From assembly GCA_043822925.1 (NCBI GenBank), contig JBDRBF010000065.1, positions 1-34,134 of the forward strand: 34,134 nucleotides of DNA. Reading direction: 5' to 3'. The stretch comes from a bacterium (GTDB taxonomy: Bacteria; Babelota; Babeliae; Babelales; RVW-14). The notes under the pieces were generated by a model. That model was not told the DNA's origin, made no database searches, and was given only the letters and a program-made list of their open reading frames with translations. Positions within the stretch are counted from its first letter, which is position 1. Every line of letters starts with the position of its first letter. Both the position numbers and the translations under genes were made by a program. Shown one piece after another: positions 29,816 to 34,134 of the stretch.

Positions 29816-30937
29816 ATGTTTAGAACTCTTGGGCTCGCGTGGTTGCTTTTGTGCATGTTTTTTTATGGCGAGATATTTGCTTGGCGTAAAATGGTGGTTA
29901 ACATTCCTGTTGCAAATGTGCGTTTAGAACCTGAGCATATCAAAGAGGGGATTACAGTTCCCGCATTGTCTCAAGATATTGGACCGCAAGGTACGCAGGG
30001 GTTGTTTTTAGAGTCTATTTTGGGTGAAAAATTAGAAAATTCTGATTGGATAGCCGTGATGGTTCCTGGTCAAAAAATTTTTACAAAAGAAAAAGAGTGG
30101 GCTAATCATCCTGGGTTTGTGAAAAAAACAGACTTGATAGATGTAGAAAACTTCCCAAATTATACTATTGTTTTACAGGACTTATGGACGTCGCTTTATT
30201 CAGTGGAAAATAAAAAAAGTGATGTGATTATGTCGCTATCAATTGGAACTGTATTGCCGGCAAAAAAAATAGACGATAATTGGTTTGAGATAATATGTGA
30301 AGGAAAAAAGTATTATATAGAAGCTTGTGCTCATGTTTATGATTTATCTCGCGAAGTGCGCGAGGATACTGTTAAAATGCGTGAGAATATCGTGAAGGTT
30401 GCGCGAGCCCTTGTTGGCATACCATATGTATGGGGAGGGAGAAGTGCATATAATCCTGATCTTAAAAATCAAATTACGGGGCTTGATTGTTCCAAGTTAA
30501 CGAGTATAGCTTATTTAGCGGGAGCAGGGCTTGCGATACCATGTGGCTCACGTTCTCAAAAGTGTGCGTGCGATATTATTGATCAGGGGACAGATTTAAA
30601 GCCGGCCGATTTAATCTTTTTTTACAATCGTGAGACGGGGGTAGTTTCTCATGTAGCGTTATATCTTGGAGATGGGTTATTGATAGAGAGCACGGTTCCT
30701 ACTATCAAAAATGTAAATTCTCTTCAAGAGGTTATAGAGATAGGGGTTGCGCCTGAAAAGTGCTGCGTGAGGATAATTTCAGTAAAAGAGCGCATAGGTG
30801 TAGATGTTGCTCAACTTGAAAGTGGTAAAACCGTGGGACCAAATAATAAAATTATTATTCTTGGGTCGCTTTTGAATTCTGAAGAAAAAATAAAAAAAAT
30901 GCGCTTGCTTGCTTGTGGGCGCGATGTGAGCTGGTAG
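29816..30937 (+). CDS. NlpC/P60 (C40) peptidase, tandem paralog
   Basis: VNIPVANVR, GIPYVWGG, GLDCSKLT, HVALYLGDG. Start uncertain (GTG 29804 or ATG 29816). Confidence 0.9.
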   Translation: MFRTLGLAWLLLCMFFYGEIFAWRKMVVNIPVANVRLEPEHIKEGITVPALSQDIGPQGTQGLFLESILGEKLENSDWIAVMVPGQKIFTKEKEWANHPGFVKKTDLIDVENFPNYTIVLQDLWTSLYSVENKKSDVIMSLSIGTVLPAKKIDDNWFEIICEGKKYYIEACAHVYDLSREVREDTVKMRENIVKVARALVGIPYVWGGRSAYNPDLKNQITGLDCSKLTSIAYLAGAGLAIPCGSRSQKCACDIIDQGTDLKPADLIFFYNRETGVVSHVALYLGDGLLIESTVPTIKNVNSLQEVIEIGVAPEKCCVRIISVKERIGVDVAQLESGKTVGPNNKIIILGSLLNSEEKIKKMRLLACGRDVSW

Positions 30938-31102
30938 GGTAGAAAGTTCTTGTTCTGAAAAATAAATATAAAAAAGATTTAGGTTTTGTTGTGAGCAGAT
31001 TTTTAAAAAAAGCTGTTGCAAAAGCTTTTTTTTTGTTCAAAATGATCTCCCGCTTATTATTGAGCGTTTTTTATTATTTTTTTATTATTTAAGGGTTTTT
31101 GT

Positions 31103-31492
31103 ATGAGGTTGTTGTCTGGAATTTTACTGAGCATTGGTTTTGCGAGTTTTTTTGTTTATCTTTCTGTACATGCAATAAAGCTTGATTCTGTTGAGTTGCT
31201 AGATGAAAAATGCGAATCTATGGAGCTTATTATAAAAAAAATGCTTTATTTTCAAGACAATAAGCAGAAATTTGATATAGCGGCGCAGGAGCTGGATAAT
31301 TTTTGTATAAAAAATTTCTTATATGACAGTGGGATTTTTTTTAAAAAAGTAGCGAAGAAGCTTAAGTTGAAAAAATCGATGATTAAGAAATTTCAAAAGA
31401 TGTGTTTTTTTAATGAGACGGGCGTTTTTGTGTATGATGCAAAGTATCAACATGCATGGGCGTTATTTTTTAATTATTTAATAGATAATTAG
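31103..31492 (+). CDS. Hypothetical secreted protein
   Basis: Signal peptide ending SVHA; weak similarity to the neighbouring ORF. Confidence 0.65.
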   Translation: MRLLSGILLSIGFASFFVYLSVHAIKLDSVELLDEKCESMELIIKKMLYFQDNKQKFDIAAQELDNFCIKNFLYDSGIFFKKVAKKLKLKKSMIKKFQKMCFFNETGVFVYDAKYQHAWALFFNYLIDN

Positions 31493-31504
31493 TGAGTTTG
31501 TTAT

Positions 31505-32101
31505 ATGAGATTTATGGCAACAGTTTTATTGAGTATTGTTTTGTTATGTGTCGTGATAGATAGCTCTGTGCAAACAATGAAGAGAACAGAGAGTTTTGTG
31601 CGTATAGAGATTGAGCAAGACGAGCTAGAGTATCAACAGGAATCGGAAGATTGTAAGTTTTTAGGTAAGATATTACAAAAATTGAGTGAGTTTGAAGAGC
31701 TTACTAATTTAAAGTACTGCAAGGCGTTTAAGACCGTAATTGTCGCTTTGAATTGTTTTTGTAAAAAAAAATGCAAAGAAAATTGGAACCTATGGATTTC
31801 TTTCTTTGAAGAAAAAATGAATCAGCTTGGGTTAAAAGATGAATTAATTAAGATGTCATATGATGCGTTGCTTGAAATAGAGACTTTTGATGACCTTTAC
31901 TTGCGCCCTAGTGAAGTATTTAAGCATTATTTAACTCGGAAAAAATATAAGAGTAGTGTTGAAGCTGGGACTGTTCAGGGAATGAATGGAACATATCGAA
32001 AAGCATTTATTACGGGCAATATATATGAAGAGCCTGATGATGGTGCTGAAGAGTCTGATGATAGAGCTGAAGCGCCGGATTTGGGTAAGAATTGCGAGTA
32101 A
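31505..32101 (+). CDS. Hypothetical secreted protein with an acidic tail
   Basis: Signal peptide ending SVQT-MKR; 198 aa. Confidence 0.7.
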   Translation: MRFMATVLLSIVLLCVVIDSSVQTMKRTESFVRIEIEQDELEYQQESEDCKFLGKILQKLSEFEELTNLKYCKAFKTVIVALNCFCKKKCKENWNLWISFFEEKMNQLGLKDELIKMSYDALLEIETFDDLYLRPSEVFKHYLTRKKYKSSVEAGTVQGMNGTYRKAFITGNIYEEPDDGAEESDDRAEAPDLGKNCE

Positions 32102-32129
32102 TTTTTTTAATCTTATGAAGTTATATTGT

Positions 32130-32167
32130 TAGCCCTGTGGAAGCTTTCCATGGGGCTATTTTTTTTT
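32130..32167 (+). terminator. Intrinsic terminator, copy 1 of a 42-bp direct repeat
   Basis: TAGCCCTGTGGAA-GCT-TTCCATGGGGCTA followed by T9. Confidence 0.85.
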
Positions 32168-32541
32168 GGGGAAATGGTACAGGGATGACAAAGAAAAGGT
32201 ATTGGGGAACTTTGGGATAAGATGCTTGAAATTCATGTTGCATGGTAGCTATCCTGCAAAAAGCGAAGGGGCACAAGATAGTGACGCTTTTTTTTATGAG
32301 CTTTGTTGCTGTTATAAAAATATCTATTTTTGATTTATAGCCAAAAAATATCTTGAAGAACGGGAAACGATTGATCTATTGTTGTTTCTATAGAGTTTAT
32401 CTGAAATAAAAAAAGCTGGGTGCTTATGCTTCTTTTGCCACACAAAAAACAGGCTTAATTGACTTTGCTTTGTCAGTTTCTCTAAATTAATAATAGAAAT
32501 TCTATATTGCGACAATTTTATTGGGTAAAAAGGGGGAAATC

Positions 32542-33810
32542 GTGAAAAAGAGATTGTTATTTTTACTTGTGTTGGCAACAAGTTTTGTTGATACAGCAGG
32601 CATCTGGTCTATGCAAAAAGAAGAAGATATTGGGATTAGTAAAGGGCTGCAGCAAAAGACGCCTGTAAAAGATGAGAGGGGTGTGATTTTTGAAAAAATA
32701 GATGCATTACATAATAAAACTACACAAGAAGAAACATTTGTAACTAAAGAGCTTGTTAGCCATGTCCTTGATATTCGTTTTGATTTGCCATTTAAACCAA
32801 CACTAACAGAATTAGAACAAATCGAAACGATACGCGACAAAAATGCTGAGCTATCACCTGGGGCAGAAATTGCAGGGTTGCATGAAAAACAAACGTGGAG
32901 AGCAAAGTTTTTTTCCTGGATTTTTCCATCATTATTATCTGAAAGCTGGGGTAAAAAGTTGTGGCAATTTGCCGCGGACAATGTCCGGGATCAACAGGTT
33001 GCAAGCGAAATTCGTGAGCGATATTTGGCAAATAAGTACAGAGAAAAACTCACGCTTACTGGCCATACAAAAGGGGTAGAATGTGTAGAAATAGCCCCTA
33101 ATGGGAACATTGTTACAGGATCTTATGACAATAAAGCAAAGATATGGGATCCAAATACGGGGCAATGCCTACACACACTTAATGGACATATAGGTTCAGT
33201 TTGGAGCATAGCAATAGCTCCTAATGGGAACATTATTACAGGATCTGGTGACTATACCGCAAAGATATGGGATGCCAGTACGGGGCAATGCTTACGCACG
33301 CTTGCTGGCCATACAGGTCCGGTATTCGGTGTAGCAATAGCCCCTAATGGGAACATTGTTACAGGATCTGGTGACCATACCGCAAAGATATGGGATCCAA
33401 ATACGGGGCAATGCCTACACACGCTTAATGGACATACAGATTCAGTTCGGAGCATAGCAATAGCTCCTAACGGTAACATTGTTACAGGATCTAAAGACGA
33501 TACTGCAAAGATATGGAATCCAGACACAGGGCAGTGCCTACACACGCTTACTGGCCATAGAAAAGCGGTATACAGTGTAGCAATAGCTCCAAACGGGAAC
33601 ATTGTTACAGGATCTTGGGACAATACCGCAAAGATATGGGAACCATGGAGCAAGACACCATCAACAACAATGCAAGCCGCTCTTGTGGCAAAGTTATTTG
33701 ACCTAAAAGACAAAAATCAAACAATACGTTTGCATGCAGAGTGGCAAGAAGTGTTTGACGGTTTGCCGGACAACGTAAAAAATGAATTAAGAATTTGTAT
33801 AAGAGCATAG
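32542..33810 (+). CDS. Secreted protein with five high-identity 41-aa WD40 repeats
   Basis: AGGGGG RBS with GTG at 32542; signal peptide ending GIWS-MQK; repeats LxGHxxxVxxxAIAPNGNIVTGSxDxTAKIW. Confidence 0.93.
   Translation: MKKRLLFLLVLATSFVDTAGIWSMQKEEDIGISKGLQQKTPVKDERGVIFEKIDALHNKTTQEETFVTKELVSHVLDIRFDLPFKPTLTELEQIETIRDKNAELSPGAEIAGLHEKQTWRAKFFSWIFPSLLSESWGKKLWQFAADNVRDQQVASEIRERYLANKYREKLTLTGHTKGVECVEIAPNGNIVTGSYDNKAKIWDPNTGQCLHTLNGHIGSVWSIAIAPNGNIITGSGDYTAKIWDASTGQCLRTLAGHTGPVFGVAIAPNGNIVTGSGDHTAKIWDPNTGQCLHTLNGHTDSVRSIAIAPNGNIVTGSKDDTAKIWNPDTGQCLHTLTGHRKAVYSVAIAPNGNIVTGSWDNTAKIWEPWSKTPSTTMQAALVAKLFDLKDKNQTIRLHAEWQEVFDGLPDNVKNELRICIRA
33055..33645 (+). repeat. 123-bp tandem DNA repeats encoding WD40 units
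   Basis: Units start at 33055, 33178, 33301, 33424 and 33547. Confidence 0.9.
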
Positions 33811-33855
33811 CTCAATAGTTAAAAGATGGGGGCGATAGCTCCCAAAGTATATTGT

Positions 33856-33889
33856 TAGCCCCGTGGAAGCTTTCCATGGGGCTATTTTT
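33856..33889 (+). terminator. Intrinsic terminator, copy 2; insertion target of the intron
   Basis: TAGCCCCGTGGAA-GCT-TTCCATGGGGCTA-TTTTT, then GTGCG. Confidence 0.85.
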
Positions 33890-34134
33890 GTGCGCCGGGC
33901 ATGGCGCACTTTCTAGGAGTGAAAGTCTCTCACAGGCCGGAATGACCGGAACTGTACGTCTAGGCAAGGGTGTTCACCGTGAGGTGAAATCTGAAGGAAG
34001 CTAACGACGAAAATATGGATCCAACGAACAGGAACTGGATACAAGGCCTGCGCGATAGGTAATTCGGCAATAGACGAAGAGGCCGTATAGTCATTTGTAT
34101 ATCGTGGTGGTAAATCCAGTGGAGCCCATGTGAA
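33890..34134 (+). mobile_element. Group II intron, class IIC, 5' portion (domain I); truncated by the window end
   Basis: Starts GTGCGCCGGGCATGGCGC (GUGYG). Contains GTGAAAGTC and GGCAAGGGTGTTCACCGTGAGGTGAAATCTGAAGGAAGC, typical of IIC domain I. Lies 5 nt after a terminator stem. Confidence 0.88.

Noticed and set aside
33796-33810. C-terminal CIRA as a CaaX prenylation motif
   Set aside because: Arg at the a2 position is unfavourable; single weak instance.
33803-33845. tRNA-like start (GCATAGCTCAATAGTTAAAAG)
   Set aside because: No anticodon arm, T-arm (GTTCRA) or acceptor pairing, and it overlaps the WD40 stop codon.
33055-34134. Diversity-generating retroelement acting on the WD40 repeats
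   Set aside because: Differences between repeats are not confined to adenines, no non-coding template repeat is visible, and the adjacent element has group IIC intron features.

Overview
AT-rich bacterial chromosome window that most likely contains the replication origin. At about 13.78-14.10 kb there is an AT-rich unwinding element, a GC-rich motif, one perfect DnaA box and two mirror-image tandem arrays of four TTATCAACA boxes. The + strand changes from A/C-rich to G/T-rich at this point, and no dnaA gene lies nearby. Left of the origin are housekeeping genes (nusA-infB-lpxK-wecA-like, nfo, groES-groEL, gmd). Right of it are udg, a half WaaA-like protein, clostripain, comEC, yajC, eno, an MFS transporter, two YkfC-like NlpC/P60 paralogs, three WD40 proteins and many signal-peptide orphans. 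The window ends in the 5' part of a group IIC intron inserted just after a terminator hairpin that is duplicated on the other side of a hypervariable WD40 gene. Several families of short GC-rich palindromic (REP/RPE-like) elements are dispersed and nested in each other, and one is inserted in-frame in enolase. The gene content suggests a protist-associated intracellular bacterium such as Babelota/Dependentiae (TM6); this is inference, not verified.
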